From Eledone cirrhosa (Eukaryota): a stretch of DNA of 64,000 nt. The stretch's first letter is position 1. Every line of letters begins with the position of its first letter. Positions 23,692 through 38,570 of the stretch are shown piece after piece. Where the stretch lies: assembly GCA_964016885.1 (NCBI GenBank), contig OZ024740.1, forward strand, positions 101,866,001-101,930,000, given 5' to 3'. The notes beneath the pieces were generated by a model. That model had not been told where the DNA came from. It did no database searches and saw only the letters and a list, made by a program, of their open reading frames with translations. The translations under genes and the position numbers were made by a program.

Positions 23692-25912
23692 AAATTCTGA
23701 CCGTGGCATCAACCACTTTCGGCTTATATATACATACATTCATACGTACACATACATACACAAATGTATATATACATACACACACATGCAGGCACACATA
23801 TATGCACACATACATGCACACACACATACACACACACACACATACACACACACACACACATACACACACATACATATACACATATGTACGTACGTATGTA
23901 TATAGCCTCTCCTTGATATTTTACACTGTTATACTAAAATAGAAATATCCCCAAGTGAAAGATCGTAACATTTTATTTTTATGTATTTGTTATCAACATT
24001 ATTATTTGTATTATTATTATTTTCATTATTTTTATTTTTATGTATTTATCTCATTTTATATTTTTCAATATGCTAATTAATTGAAAAAAAAAAAGGAATA
24101 TTTGTCTAATGGAGTAAATTTTGTTGTATGTTTCTAAAATATCAGCTAAAGTCTTGACAATTAATATAAAACTGTTGATTGTTCTTCAAAATACAAAAAC
24201 AAAACAAAAAAGCTTTGTATCTGATATGTGTGCATCACTCATTATGCTAATAGCTCTGCTAAACTTCACTTATTTTGATGAGATGTTAATTAGTCCAATT
24301 AAACTATGACATTATTATCCTGCGGAGGTTAACTTTGCCTTTCATTCTTACGGGGTCGATGAAATAAAGTACCAGTAATGCACTGGGATAATTCCTGGCC
24401 TTGTGCCAAAAGTAGAAACAATTATTACATAGAATTTTTATTGAGGTTTGGGGGGGGGGGGGGTTTAATGCATATTTCTTGGGTTTTTCATCACGTGCTG
24501 CTCTTTCATTCAACATCTACCTGAAAATTAAAATTAAGTAATAACGATATGGTTTTGTTTGTTTTTTAAATTCACATGGTTGATTGGTTAACAAGAAGGC
24601 ATCCAACCATAAAAATAAATGTTTGAACAAAGGGAAAGTAAATAAAATTCAAAACTTCAGTTTGGTAGAGTTATTAAAATGGATTAAATGCTTGCTCTAT
24701 TTGTTCTGGCTCTGCACACTCTATGCTCAAATCCATTCAAAGTCTACTTTGCCTTTCATCCTTTTATCATCATCATCATCACCATCATCATCATTCTATG
24801 TTAACCTGGTTTAGACAGGTTGTCCTGTTCAGTGGCTAGACAGGTCAGATATCTCACATACATTCTTTTCTGGCATGGTTTCTATGGATGGATGTCCTTC
24901 TCACTGCCAACCAGTTTATGTTATGTACTGGATGTGTTTTATGATGGCATCAGAACTACCAGCTGACAGGGTGGACTGTGTGCATTTTATCCTGACAGCA
25001 ACGCTACCCCTTTATTAAGCACTTGAGTGCTTGTGTCATTCTCATCCAAGCCAGGAAGGCAGTGATGTGAGGGAGAGCCAAGGATGAGGGGAAGAAGCTA
25101 TATATTGTTTGCCAAGGAGGAGGGGAAAAAAGCTACATATTGTTTGTCAAGGGAAGAGGAGTGATTGTCCAGGGCAGGGCATTAGTGAAATTGATTGTTA
25201 ATGCATTGGACAGGTACCTTGCATTATCTCTTTTGGTTCTTTGCATTTTGAGTTCCCCTGTGTTAACACTGGTCCCACACTATATTGACCCATACAATAT
25301 GAATGGTATGGAGAAAGAGGACATGCATGTATGGGTGACTGCTGGTCTTACACAAAACCCTTGTCCAGGCCTGCATCTTGAACTTTACCAGTTGCAGAAC
25401 CATAGTCTCACAAGATATATGGAGGTACTGAATGTTTCAAGGATGATAAAATAGATATATACCATTTTGTGATTTAGAAGTCAACAAGGAAACTGTATTT
25501 TGTTGTTCAACCTGTTAGAAATAGCAGCCAAATCTTCGTCAAATTACACCTTTCCATCTTAAAAAGGGAAGAACACATTAGATACTGAGATACTAAAAGC
25601 ACCATCTGAAAAATAACAAAGATGTGAGTGTCTTTGATTTAATCAAATGTGTGTTCAATCAGGCTTTACTTGAAACTAAAACAACAACAGTAAAACATGA
25701 TTTGGGGCACTTAATGATTCTTTTAATAAATTAATTCATTCTTGTACATTACCTCCTGCTACTTCCTTTTACTCATACCTTCTTCTTCTTCCATCTTTGT
25801 TCCGCCAACTACATATTTTCATTCCCATAATTTCTTCTCCCTACTCATCAACATCCTTGCCTCCTCCTCTTCTGTGTTTGAGAGAGTTCTTTCATAGAAT
25901 TTCCAAACCCCT

Positions 25913-26119
25913 TTAACCCGTTAGCATTTAAACCTGCTGTACCTGGCCAGACATCTCTCACCTCTTTCTGTTCAAATTGGCTGTAACTGGCCACTCATAC
26001 TGATGTTAAGGCATTGTTCTCAAAATAAATAATATCAAAATCTCATAGATTCGATGTGAGATCTTTACCGTGAAAATATAAATAGTTGATATAGAATAAT
26101 GTAAATAATTAAGGGTTAA
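25913..26119. mobile_element. piggyBac-type MITE
   Basis: TTAA-CCC...GGG-TTAA. The body is the reverse orientation of the 30062 and 58736 copies. Confidence 0.7.
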
Positions 26120-27887
26120 ACAATTTGTCTAATCCAAACCATTTATTAGACACACCATAATTACAAAAATGTTTGCCCTTTCCTAAAACACATTTATGTA
26201 GCCACAGGTTGTACCTAATTCAATAGGCCTATAATCACAAAGCATTCCACCCGTGATTATCTTCTCTATATTCAGGGGATTAACTACAGCCATCATTGTC
26301 ATTTCAGTTCCGAGGCAACATTTGGATGCAGAATGAAAAATGCTAGAACAGATGCTGTGAGTTCTCATTTGACAGTAACAATTCTAACATTCCACCAATA
26401 TAAACTGGTACTTTATTTTATTGATCCCTGATGTATGAACAGCAAAGCTAATCTCAGAGGGATTTGAACTTAGAGTACAGAGCACCAAAATGAATACCAC
26501 AATATAGTCTATCAGATCCTTAAATCACTCTCTCAGTTTGCCTAGCTAGAACTACATTCTATAATGTGTTTTGTATTGTTTTCTATAATGATACTACACT
26601 TTCATCTCAGCCAAGAGGCCGAGACATTTTTTTCTACAATGTCATGATAGGATTTCAGAAAGATTTATTTGCTATATCTAGCAGTTTGAGTGACCATATA
26701 AAAGCTTCCTTGTTGACATGCACAAAACTGTAATTAGTTCAGTAGTTGAAATCTGAATGGATAGTGAAGTAGATACATAACTGTTGCTTATTATTTGATA
26801 TGAAAATATAGAAATGATTGATATATTGACGTATCTATATTTACATATTAAATCTTGTCTTAGAATGAAAACCATTCATTGTACTAGCTTTGAGATAATT
26901 CAAAAGTTCATATGTAAATAACAAAATTTTCAGAGAGAAGCTGGAAAAAGGAAGAAAAAAATAAACGATTTTATTTATGCATTGCTCTAATTTTTTAATG
27001 GTCTATGTGTGCAAAATTTTATGATGCACTTTTTCTTCTGCTGACAGAAAAAAATGTTTGCCCGAAATTGTTGAGTGCATATACGCCAGAAAATATTAAG
27101 GAAATTTCGGCCTGTATGTTATAGCTAGCTATATTACAAAAAAAATTATATCTGGATTTAAAAAAAAAAAGAAATAAGTTATGATTGAATAATATGAAGT
27201 ACTATTTTGTTTTAAAGAAGAATGGAGCATACAGCATGTATCTTTTTTCAAACAAATATATTCAATAATTCTCATGCACAATTTAATTTCCTTTATGCAC
27301 TAGTTGCATAAAACATGATTAGATAGATATGCTGCATAACATGAAATGTGCATTGCACTGATGCTGACATGGGAAAACTGAAGTAGAAATGTTAAAAAAA
27401 TAGAAACTATAGAGGGAGAAGTATATCCAAATGATTTTGAGTTATGGATCTATGTTTGGTTGTCAGAATTCTGATTGGCTGTATGAGCTTACTGTAGCTG
27501 GTAGTGGATTTTGTTGTTGTTATTGTTGCTGCTGCTGTCGTATTAGCACCAGGTGATCCCTGATTTGAACAGACCTATAAATCAAAACGTTCCAACTAGA
27601 TGATGCCTAATTTTAATCATAGTGAGTAAATCTAGAAGCAAATTATTCAATATACCCTTCATGATTAAGAAGGTCATGTGTTATTTGAGGGATATTTGAT
27701 TCCTATTTTTAGCTGGTAGAGTGACAATGTAGAAATTCCCTCATATCTTGCAATAGGCATCATGATGAAGAGCATGACTAGCTAAATCAACAATGATTAA
27801 ATACTTGACAACCAATTAAGAAAGCAGTCTCTGTTGCTATGATGAGATATTGTAAGACAATCCTATACAATTGCTAGTATGTTTCTG

Positions 27888-28005
27888 AGTGGTATAATTC
27901 CACACTTGTATATAATTCCACAGTGATATAAGTCTACAGTTGCATAATTCCAATCCACAGTGGTATAACTCCACAATGCTATACAATTCCACAGTGATAT
28001 AATTT
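27888..28005. repeat. Degenerate ~16-20-bp tandem repeat (cagtggtataattcca)
   Basis: About six to seven diverged units. Confidence 0.6.
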
Positions 28006-28279
28006 GCCATTTTTAGCAGCAACTGTAGGATTGTAAAACTAATTGTAGAATATGTGGAATAGATTAATTTTCTTTCTCAAAGTGAGATCTGGTCTCTTTT
28101 TATGAATATGTGTGTATGTGATAGGAAAAATAATAACTATGATAAAACATCTACATAATTACAACTATAACTTACAAAACTAAATGGATAATGTGAAGGT
28201 CTACCATCTGATAGATTATGAAATCAATTCTACTGAAAGGATTTTAGAAGTAGTAATTATGTCAGGGCCCTAATTTCAT

Positions 28280-29035
28280 CAAGGAAATGACCATGCTCAA
28301 TATGCAAAGTAGGAGCTAGTAGAAACTCCATAAAGTGTACAAATTAAAAACTATGGGTGCACAAGCAATGTTACAGGGTAACAAAGAATGTAAGCTGTTT
28401 ATGTACAGATGCACAGGAACAGTAAACAGAAAATCTTCACATAAATTAGACTTGATTAAATACTCTAATGACTCCTTGGAAATGGTTGACAACTTCTGCT
28501 ATCTATGTGATTTAATTATCAGTGGGGTGGATGTTCTGGAGATATAGTATCTAGAATGAGAATCTGGAGAAAGTTCAGGGAGCTACTACTTCTGCAGGCT
28601 ACAAAGGGTTTCTCCTTTAGAACAAAAGACAGGTTGTAGGATGCCTATGTGAAAACTGCAATTCTGCATGGAAGTGAGATGTCCTTGACTGCAGAAAATC
28701 TGCAAATATTGGAAAGAAAGGAGGAAAGCTTGTTGCGTTAATATAACTGAGGGATGAAGCATAAATGAACTAAGAGAAAAGTTGAGCTTAAGAGGGATTA
28801 GGTGCAATACACAAGAGAGAGGAATGTGATGGTTTGAACATGTGATGCTTATAAAGTATGATAGCTGCATATAAAAGCATAGGCTGCTCAAAGCTGACGG
28901 AAACCGTGGAATAGGTAGGCTTAGAAAAACTTTGGATGATGCAGTCAAGGCTGATCTCACAAAGCTGAAAGTCTTGAAAGAGATGGCAAAAGACTTATTC
29001 AACTGGTGATATGCTGTACGGCAGAACACCGACCC
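28280..29035 (+). pseudogene. Heavily degraded RTE RT/thumb region, PHD-bearing lineage
   Basis: LEMVDNFCYL..IISG. Nucleotide similarity to 52840-53630 with many stops and frameshifts. Confidence 0.75.
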
Positions 29036-30061
29036 CACCTCCTCTAATCCGAATGGAATGAAGCAAAACTAGTCTCTTCCCCTCCACATAGTTTTCTCCT
29101 CCCGTTCACATCCCCAATTCCTCCTCACTCTGCCAACCCATACAAACATTGAAAGACTGATGAACCTTTGGCAAGGCACAGTGGCACACCACCCACTCAC
29201 CACCTGCCTATGTCGCCACCCTCTCTGTGTTACATCCCACTTCTTTCCTCTCACACCATGCCATTAAGTTGTTTCCACTAGGAAATGTACCCAGCCATAG
29301 AGGCCTAGAAATATAATGTATAACTAATACACAGTCATCTGCTCTACCTAGTCTGAGAATATGATAAATCTGTCTAATCAATGAAAGTGTAGATAATAAA
29401 TGTTAAATGATATATATATATAGATCATCGTCCTCATCATTTTATGTCCGCTTTTCCCTGCTTGCAAGGGTGGGATGGGTCCTATTCAGCACAGCATCTC
29501 GCCACTTGTCACGGTCCTTCGTCACCTCCTCTAGGTTGACCTAGAGAAGGCCTCACTCCTCAACAGATCTCTCACAGAACTGGTGCCATGATAAAAAGCA
29601 ATGCAACCAATCCATCCTGTAAGGTGTTCATTCTGGTTACATGAAAATAAGCAGCCAATCTACCCTGTAAAGGGGTTGACATTAGGAAGGGCATCTAGCT
29701 GTAGAAAACCAACCTGAAAATAGATCATACAAGCAAGACATGATCACCTGACCTGTCTTGCCACATAAAATAATAGTTCATCTAACATATGCAGGCATGG
29801 GAAATAGACATTAAATGCTGGTGATGATGTATATCAAAATGTGTGTATCCATATATCTATGTGTTTCTGAACATAGATTAGTATGAGGCATGGTTGCATC
29901 TATGTATGTAAGTATATTTCTTTCTCTCTATATATGATTGTGGGTAATTGAGTGAGTATATGTGTATGCATATGGCTGATATATATTGAAGAAAGGTGTA
30001 AACATTCATAAGAAAACTGTTTTAAAATTTCTGCTTGTATATGTGTGTGTATAAGTGTGTG

Positions 30062-30291
30062 TTAACCCTTTACTCTTTACATTTCTGTATATATACTAGT
30101 GTATTTTCACGGTAAAGGCTTTACCTCACATGATTATCTCACATAATGTTGAATCTATGAGATTTTGTTATTATTTATTTTGAGAACAATATCTTAACAT
30201 AAGTATGAGTGACCAGTTACGGCCGGTTTGAACAAAAGCAGATTAAAGAATTCTGACTATATATGACTGGTTAAAAATACTAAAGGGTTAA
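30062..30291. mobile_element. piggyBac-type MITE
   Basis: TTAA-cccttta...taaaggg-TTAA. Body homologous to 58736-58973. Confidence 0.75.
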
Positions 30292-30351
30292 ACAAACTTC
30301 TTAACCACACACCTGCTTATAAATAATAATGTCATTCTTTTTATGATTGTT

Positions 30352-32402
30352 TCATGGTTTTGTCAAAGAAGAATGGGTGGCTCTCATGGTTTTGTCAAAG
30401 AAGTAGGGGTGGCTCTCATGGTTTTGTCAAAGAAGAATGGGTGGCTCTCATGGTTTTGTCAAAGAAGAATGGGTGGTTCTCATGGTTTTGTCAAAGAAGA
30501 ATGGGTAGCTCTCATGGTTTTGTCAAAGAAGTAGGGGTGGCTCTCATGGTTTTGTCAAAGAAGAATGGGTGGCTCTCGTGGTTTTGTCAAAGAAGAATGG
30601 GTAGCTCTCATGGTTTTGTCAAAGAAGAATGGGTGGCTCTCATGGTTTTGTCAAAGAAGAATGGGTGGCTCTCATGGTTTTGTCAAAGAAGTAGGGGTGG
30701 CTCTCATGGTTTTGTCAAAGAAGAATGGGTGGCTCTCGTGGTTTTGTCAAAGAAGAATGGGTAGCTCTCATGGTTTTGTCAAAGAAGAATGGGTGGCTCT
30801 CATGGTTTTGTCAAAGAAGAATGGGTGGCTCTCATGGTTTTGTCAAAGAAGTAGGGGTGGCTCTCATGGTTTTGTCAAAGAAGAATGGGTAGCTCTCATG
30901 GTTTTGTCAAAGAAGTAGGGGTGGCTCTCATGGTTTTGTCAAAGAAGAATGGGTGGCTCTCATGGTTTTGTCAAAGAAGAATGGGTAGCTCTCATGGTTT
31001 TGTCAAAGAAGTAGGGGTGGCTCTCATGGTTTTGTCAAAGAAGTAGGGGTGGCTCTCATGGTTTTGTCAAAGAAGAATGGGTGGCTCTCATGGTTTTGTC
31101 AAAGAAGAATGGGTGGCTCTCATGGTTTTGTCAAAGAAGAATGGGTGGCTCTCATGGTTTTGTCAAAGAAGAATGGGTGGCTCTCATGGTTTTGTCAAAG
31201 AAGTAGGGGTGGCTCTCATGGTTTTGTCAAAGAAGAATGGGTGGCTCTCATGGTTTTGTCAAAGAAGAATGGGTGGCTCTCATGGTTTTGTCAAAGAAGT
31301 AGGGGTGGCTCTCATGGTTTTGTCAAAGAAGAATGGGTGGCTCTCATGGTTTTGTCAAAGAAGAATGGGTGGCTCTCATGGTTTTGTCAAAGAAGAATGG
31401 GAAGCTCTCATGGTTTTGTCAAAGAAGTAGGGGTGGCTCTCATGGTTTTGTCAAAGAAGTAGGGGTGGCTCTCATGGTTTTGTCAAAGAAGAATGGGTAG
31501 CTCTCATGGTTTTGTCAAAGAAGAATGGGAAGCTCTCATGGTTTTGTCAAAGAAGTAGGGGTGGCTCTCATGGTTTTGTCAAAGAAGAATGGGTGGCTCT
31601 CATGTTTTTTTTTGTCAAAGAAGAATGGGTGGCTCTCATGGTTTTGTCAAAGAAGAATGGGTGGCTCTCATGGTTTTGTCAAAGAAGTAGGGGTGGCTCT
31701 CATGGTTTTGTCAAAGAAGAATGGGTGGCTCTCATGGTTTTGTCAAAGAAGAATGGGTAGCTCTCATGGTTTTGTCAAAGAAGAATGGGTAGCTCTCATG
31801 GTTTTGTCAAAGAAGAATGGGTGGCTCTCATGGTTTTGTCAAAGAAGTAGGGGTGGCTCTCATGGTTTTGTCAAAGAAGAATGGGTGGCTCTCATGGTTT
31901 TGTCAAAGAAGTAGGGGTGGCTCTCATGGTTTTGTCAAAGAAGAATGGGTGGCTCTCATGGTTTTGTCAAAGAAGAATGGGTGGCTCTCATGGTTTTGTC
32001 AAAGAAGAATGGGTGGCTCTCATGGTTTTGTCAAAGAAGAATGTGTGGCTCTCATGGTTTTGTCAAAGAAGAATGGGTAGCTCTCATGGTTTTGTCAAAG
32101 AAGAATGGGTGGCTCTCATGGTTTTGTCAAAGAAGTAGGGGTGGCTCTCATGGTTTTGTCAAAGAAGAATGGGTGGCTCTCAAGGTTTTGTCAAAGAAGT
32201 AGGGGTGGCTCTCATGGTTTTGTCAAAGAAGAATGGGTGGCTCTCATGGTTTTGTCAAAGAAGAATGGGTGGCTCTCATGGTTTTGTCAAAGAAGAATGG
32301 GTGGCTCTCATGGTTTTGTCAAAGAAGTAGGGGTGGCTCTCATGGTTGTGTCAAAGAAGTAGGGGTGGCTCTCATGGTTTTGTCAAAGAAGTAGGGGTGG
32401 TT
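30352..32402. repeat. 32-bp minisatellite, about 64 units
   Basis: Unit ctcatggttttgtcaaagaag(aat/tag)gggt(g/a)gct repeated head to tail. Confidence 0.98.
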
Positions 32403-32657
32403 CCAAAGTTGGGGGGGAGGAAATATAAAGTTATCATCAGTCAAGAGGTCTGACAGAAATATCTGCTACAAAGTTGTTATAGGTGACACCTGCATAAATT
32501 TAGCTGACCTCTTATGGGGTTGCATTCTATAGGAGTGTTTTGATAGATCTAAGTACTATCATGTCACTATTTTTCTTATGACAGGATCTGGGATTTGAAT
32601 TCAGAATATATAGAGCTGGAACAAATATCAAAATTCTACCAATTCATCACTCTAAAT

Positions 32658-32785
32658 TTTTGGTAGAGTCTACTTTAATGTAAAATGAAGTGTTTTCAAC
32701 CTTTCAGGGTTGATAAATTAAAAAAATTATCGAGCCTGAAAGGTTGAAAATACTTCATTTTACAATAAAGCAGACTCTACCAAAA
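32658..32785. repeat. 59-bp-arm near-perfect hairpin
   Basis: ttttggtagagtct...gataa / ttatc...agactctaccaaaa, 10-nt loop, 5 non-Watson-Crick positions. Confidence 0.9.
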
Positions 32786-32829
32786 GCACCTATGGGTCAT
32801 GGACTGATATTCACCCAATCAATAGTTAA

Positions 32830-33030
32830 TGGTTCAGACATAAGGCCAACAATTTGGGGAAGAGAGAAAGGTGACTAAATCGACCCCAGTGAATTACTGG
32901 TACTTTATTTGAACAACCTTATAAGAATGAAAGGCAAAGCTAACCTCTGCAGGATTTGAACTCAGAACGAAAATAACTATATACTGCAAAGCACATTGTC
33001 CAACACTCTACCAATACTGTCAATTCACTC
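32830..33030 (-). mobile_element. Family B SINE (diverged)
   Basis: ctggtactttatt..atgaaaggcaaagctaacctc..ggatttgaactcag. Confidence 0.75.
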
Positions 33031-34483
33031 AAACAATACTATTTGTATGCAGCTCTCCTCATAAATGCATGACTACCTTGCAATCTCATTATGTTTCATT
33101 CAACTGTTAAATCTGAGGTTATAAGACAATGTAAGAAATCAGGATGTTGATGATATTATAAAAAGAAATGTTACAGTTAGATATTGAAAAGATGAGTTTT
33201 ATCTTCACACCCACCTACTCATTGTTGTTTCAACAGTTATAAGTCATCAACTAAAATGTCCTTCGGTTTTTGACATTTACTCAATGCACATGTAAATGCA
33301 TGCACATTTATATACATTCATTAATGCATATGTATATTTACACACACACACACATATATATATCAATAAACATATATATTGACACACACAGTCACACACA
33401 TATGTATCAATAAACTTATATATTGATGCATACACATATACCTTTGCACATTCTCATGCACAACTTCACAAACACACTTTTGGATATTCCACACATAACC
33501 CCACAAACACTCTCATTTATATGGACATACTCACAGTCACAAACACACACACACATTTACACATGCAATGTCATTGACATTTACACTTTACACATGTTCT
33601 GAGACAGACAGAGATACTTGTGCATAAACATGTATGTATGTATGTGTGTCTGTGTCTGTATGAGCAAACACATATACACAACAAAAAACACATTCACCCA
33701 TACATTTGTATAGTTAAATTCACACATAAATAGACATCTTTACACACCTATCTAATCACTCTTACACATAGCTACACAGACAGATAAATGCAAGAACTGT
33801 CAAACCAAAAAAAGTAGATAAATAAATCTTAAAAGTACACTAAACTAGTTATATTGGCATAGCTTTGTGGTTAAGACATTTGTTTGGTAACCAGATGGTC
33901 TGGGTTTGATCCTATTGCATAACACCTTGGGTTTACCAATGCCCATGTGAGTAGAATTTAGTCTAAAGAAACTGTTATATGTGTGTGTATCTTACTCTCT
34001 CTCTCTCTCTCTTTCTCTTTCTTTCATTCACTCTCTTACCTTCTCTCCCACTCTCCATTTTTTATTTACTCTCTCACTAACAGCTAGGGCAGGATAGGAT
34101 GGGGTAGATAAGATATGTTGTGGAAATGTGACAATAAATAATTGGAAGGAAGAGTGACAAGTTTGGGGTTCAAATTGGGATGTGGAAGGGGGAGAAGGAA
34201 TGAGAAATATATTATGGGTGTAAGACAAGTGTAGTGGAGTTTGCCAGGGTTAGAAGAGGATGGAGTTTAAGATAAGGGAGCAGTGATCCAAGCTATAATA
34301 ATTTCTAAAGAGTAATAAATATCAGTGGGGTGAACGTTTCATACATTTGTCATGAGTTTCAGCTTTCTAAAGTCAATCTTAACTAGTTCATAGCATGTCT
34401 TCTAGGTCTACCTCTTCTGCACATTCCATTCATTAAGGTTTCTCTGCACTACTTCCATTGCATATAAATGTGTGTGTGTATAT

Positions 34484-34531
<48 letters not shown>

Positions 34532-34768
34532 TAGAAAAAAGGAAAAGAAAATGCTAACAAATTTTTCCCAGTTGAAAATAGTTTAATTAGGAATAAGTAT
34601 AAATTACTAATAAGTATTGGTTAGTATTCAGTTTTAGTTTAAGATTTTACCTGTTGCGCATTTCTAATGCTTTTCAAAAATAATTTTGAGATAGAGCGCT
34701 CGTGATTTTTGCTCTAATCAATATATATATATACACACATACATATATATATATATATACACACATAC

Positions 34769-34799
<31 letters not shown>

Positions 34800-34808
34800 C
34801 ACACATAC

Positions 34809-34839
<31 letters not shown>

Positions 34840-35026
34840 CACACATACATATATATATATACATATATATATACACACATACATATCATCATCATCATCA
34901 TCGTTTAACGTCCATATATATATATACATATATCTATATATATAAAATTGATGTTGTCTGTGTGTGTGTCCTCATTTTTGCAAAGTCTATACAAATCCAC
35001 ATTTCTACTCCGATTGACTTCAAACT

Positions 35027-36443
35027 TCATCATCATCATCATCGTCATCGTTTAACGTCCATCTTCCACGTTAGCATGGGTTTGGACAGGAGTTTTCCCA
35101 CTTGAGGCAAGATTGGTTGTCTTGCTCATATAGGAACGTCTGGCGGGTTTTCTACAACTGGATGCCCTTCTTAACACCAACCACGTTTACAGTGTGGACT
35201 GGGAGGTTTTTACTGTGTTACCTACACGGCTACATTACAGCGTGGATTGTGTTTTTTTTTGTCGTGACACCTACACAACCTCATTTATTTCGGACTGGAT
35301 GTTGTGGTACCAACATAACTTTACATCGAAAGGGGTGGTGTGGATGGGGTGGGGGTAGTGGGACGGGGTGGGGGTAGTGGGACGGGGTGTATTTTGTTAA
35401 GAGGTGCCTACTGACTGTAGGTTTCACTTTATACTTAGGCAAGGCGGGTCTTCTGTATTACTACGTAGCGCCAAAGATCTCGGTCCAGTGACATTGTTTT
35501 GGAGAGGTGTAAGTGTGTGAGGTCGGAATTTATCAAGTCATTCCAGGTTTTTCTGGGTCTGCCTACTCCGTGGCTACTGTCTATTTTTATCGCCCTGCAC
35601 TTTTTTATACAGCTGTCGTCATTCATGCGCATCACGTGTCGATACCAACGTAGTCTTCTCTCGAGTAAACAACAACTGATCCCTCTTAATTCTAATTTCT
35701 CCCTTAGTTCATTTATGCTTTGCCGTTCACGTATATTACTATTACACATCCAACGGAGCATGCAAGCTTCGTTCCTCTCCAGTCTGCCTATATCCTCTGC
35801 ACACAATGCCCAGGTCTCACTGCCATGTAACATTGCTGTTCGTATGCAGGCATCATACAACCTGCCTTTCATTTTTAGGAGAACCCTTTAGCGGCTAATA
35901 GTGGTATAAGCTCTCTGAACTTTTTCCATCGCGTTCTGACTCTAGCTACTGTACTTTCAGAGCACCCCTCCACCACTGCTGATTTTGTCACCCAGGTAAC
36001 GGAAGGTGTCCACTATTTCTATAGAACTATCTGTGGAATGGAATGAGCTAGTATTCTGCTGCTACTTATTGTACCAGAGCACCGGCCACATATAAAATCT
36101 ATATTCTTAGTTAGCTTACCTATGATCCCACTACATCTTTTATGCACCCATACTTTGCATTTGGGACATAAAATGGAGTTTCTGCCTACTCCTTTCCTAC
36201 ACACTGAGCATGGCCATTTCCCAGATGGGACCAGTGCCCTATTTTCCTTCCTACAAACTAGAACTTTAGTCTTAGCCAGGTTAATTTTAAGGCCTTTTGA
36301 TTCTAGGCCATGCTTCCATGTTTGGAATTTCTTCTCTAGTTCAGCCATTGATTCAGCTATGAGCGTTAGATCATCTGCATATAGGAGTTCCCAAGGGCAG
36401 CCGGTCTTGAACTCCTCTGTTATAGCCTGAAGTGCAATAATAA
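35027..36443 (-). mobile_element. 5'-truncated RTE LINE with frameshifts
   Basis: ORF pieces 36019-36348 and 35435-35872 match the family, including the PHD insert. (GAT)n tail. Confidence 0.93.
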
Positions 36444-36719
36444 TTTATATACTCCTTGTGGTCTAAAGATACTAAGTGCCACTTTTATTTTTCAATTTTC
36501 TGTTGTTAAAGGGGTGTTAGGTGCCGGTTATCCATCGCCATCGAGCCCTTATAATATTTGCCTGTATGTCTGGCTGTCTGCAAAACGATATTCTGACGAA
36601 CACGTCATTGCTGACGTATTATCTTCGCTACATTCACACACACACACACACATATATACATATATACTTATATATACATATATATATACACATATATAAA
36701 CACATATACATTTATTCAT

Positions 36720-37030
36720 TCATTCATTTCATTTTACGTCCGCTTTTTCCCTGCTTGCAAGGGTGGGACGGGAACTGATTTTGGCTTGATTTCTACAGCT
36801 GGATGCCCTTCCTAACACCAACCTCATTTACAGTGAGTGCTGGGTGCTTTTTTGCCGTGGCACCTGCACGACCCCAGTCCCTATCATCTCATTTCTACAG
36901 TTGAGTAAACTGGAGCAATGTGAAATAAAGTGTCTTGCTCAAGGAAACAACACATCACCCGGTCTGAGAATTGAACTCACAACCTTTCGATTGCAAGGCC
37001 AATGCTCTAACCACTAAGCCATGTGCCTCC
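36720..37030 (-). mobile_element. Family A SINE (tail variant B)
   Basis: Homologous to 5101-5483. Confidence 0.85.
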
Positions 37031-37109
37031 ATTATATATACATATACAAACATATACTCATATTTAGATATACACATATATAAATATACACATAAAAATA
37101 TATGTATAT

Positions 37110-37160
<51 letters not shown>

Positions 37161-37193
37161 CATACACACATATATATATATATATGCTTACAT

Positions 37194-37718
<525 letters not shown>

Positions 37719-38300
37719 CACGATCTATACGTGGATATTTTACGTCTTGATGTGGGAGCTAAGTATATGTTTTGTTTATTCCTTTACGTATTTGCATAGG
37801 TAAGTATATATTACCCGTATGTTTTGTGAAGGTATGTATACCTTCTCGTACGTATATTTGACTGTTATAGCGTATAATTTTTACATATTCTGGTATTTAG
37901 GGTTTGGCTATGTGTATACGGGAGTTTTGCGTCCGCGTGAGTGTGCAGGTTCGTACGTATGGTGGGTGTGTGTATATGTGTACTTCTTGTTTTAGTTGAC
38001 TTACGTCTCCGAACATTCGTGTATTTATATGTAGGTATGCGTGTGCGCTTGTTATATACGTATTTATTTACTTATATACGTTTATATAATTATTTATTTA
38101 TTTGTACACAAGCATACACACACACACATATTTATATGTGCGTGGTTTTGTATACCCATGGTAAGGTTTTGCGTATGCTTGTGTATGTACGTATCTGTTT
38201 GCGTGTATGTATTTATTTGTTCCTATTACTTCTGTATTGTATTTATTTACTTTGTTCTTAACTCTGTAGCGGAGATTCATTTGGTCTCCTAGTTAGAATT

Positions 38301-38570
38301 TTAGTCTACGATTTCTGCTATACCATTTACGTGGTTTTGTCTTTGCGTGCTATTGTTCTCCACGCTCCACATATGACTTATTATCTTCGTTTTTTCGTTC
38401 ATTGCCAGAGAACGTCTCTATGCACCACCTAAGAGAATATTAGTCTACGACCTCTTTTATACCATAAACGTGGTTTTGTCTTTGCGCGTAATTGTTTTTC
38501 ACCGCTCCTATTAATGACGTATTATTCGTTTTTTCCCGTTCTTTGCCAGCGAACGTTACCACGAACCAAA
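38301..38570 (+). repeat. Diverged ~139-bp tandem duplication inside the Penelope UTR
   Basis: ttagtctacga..acgtggttttgtctttgcg..ttgccag.gaacgt occurs at 38301 and 38440. Confidence 0.85.

Noticed and set aside
30352-32402. CRISPR-like array or repetitive protein ORFs
   Set aside because: Units are contiguous with no unique spacers, there are no cas genes, and the context is eukaryotic. The ORFs arise because 32 bp cycles through frames, and the TAG variant breaks them.
36583-36610. Hammerhead at CTGACGA-acacgtca-ttgc-tgacgt
   Set aside because: No GAAA follows the hairpin, and stems I and III are absent.
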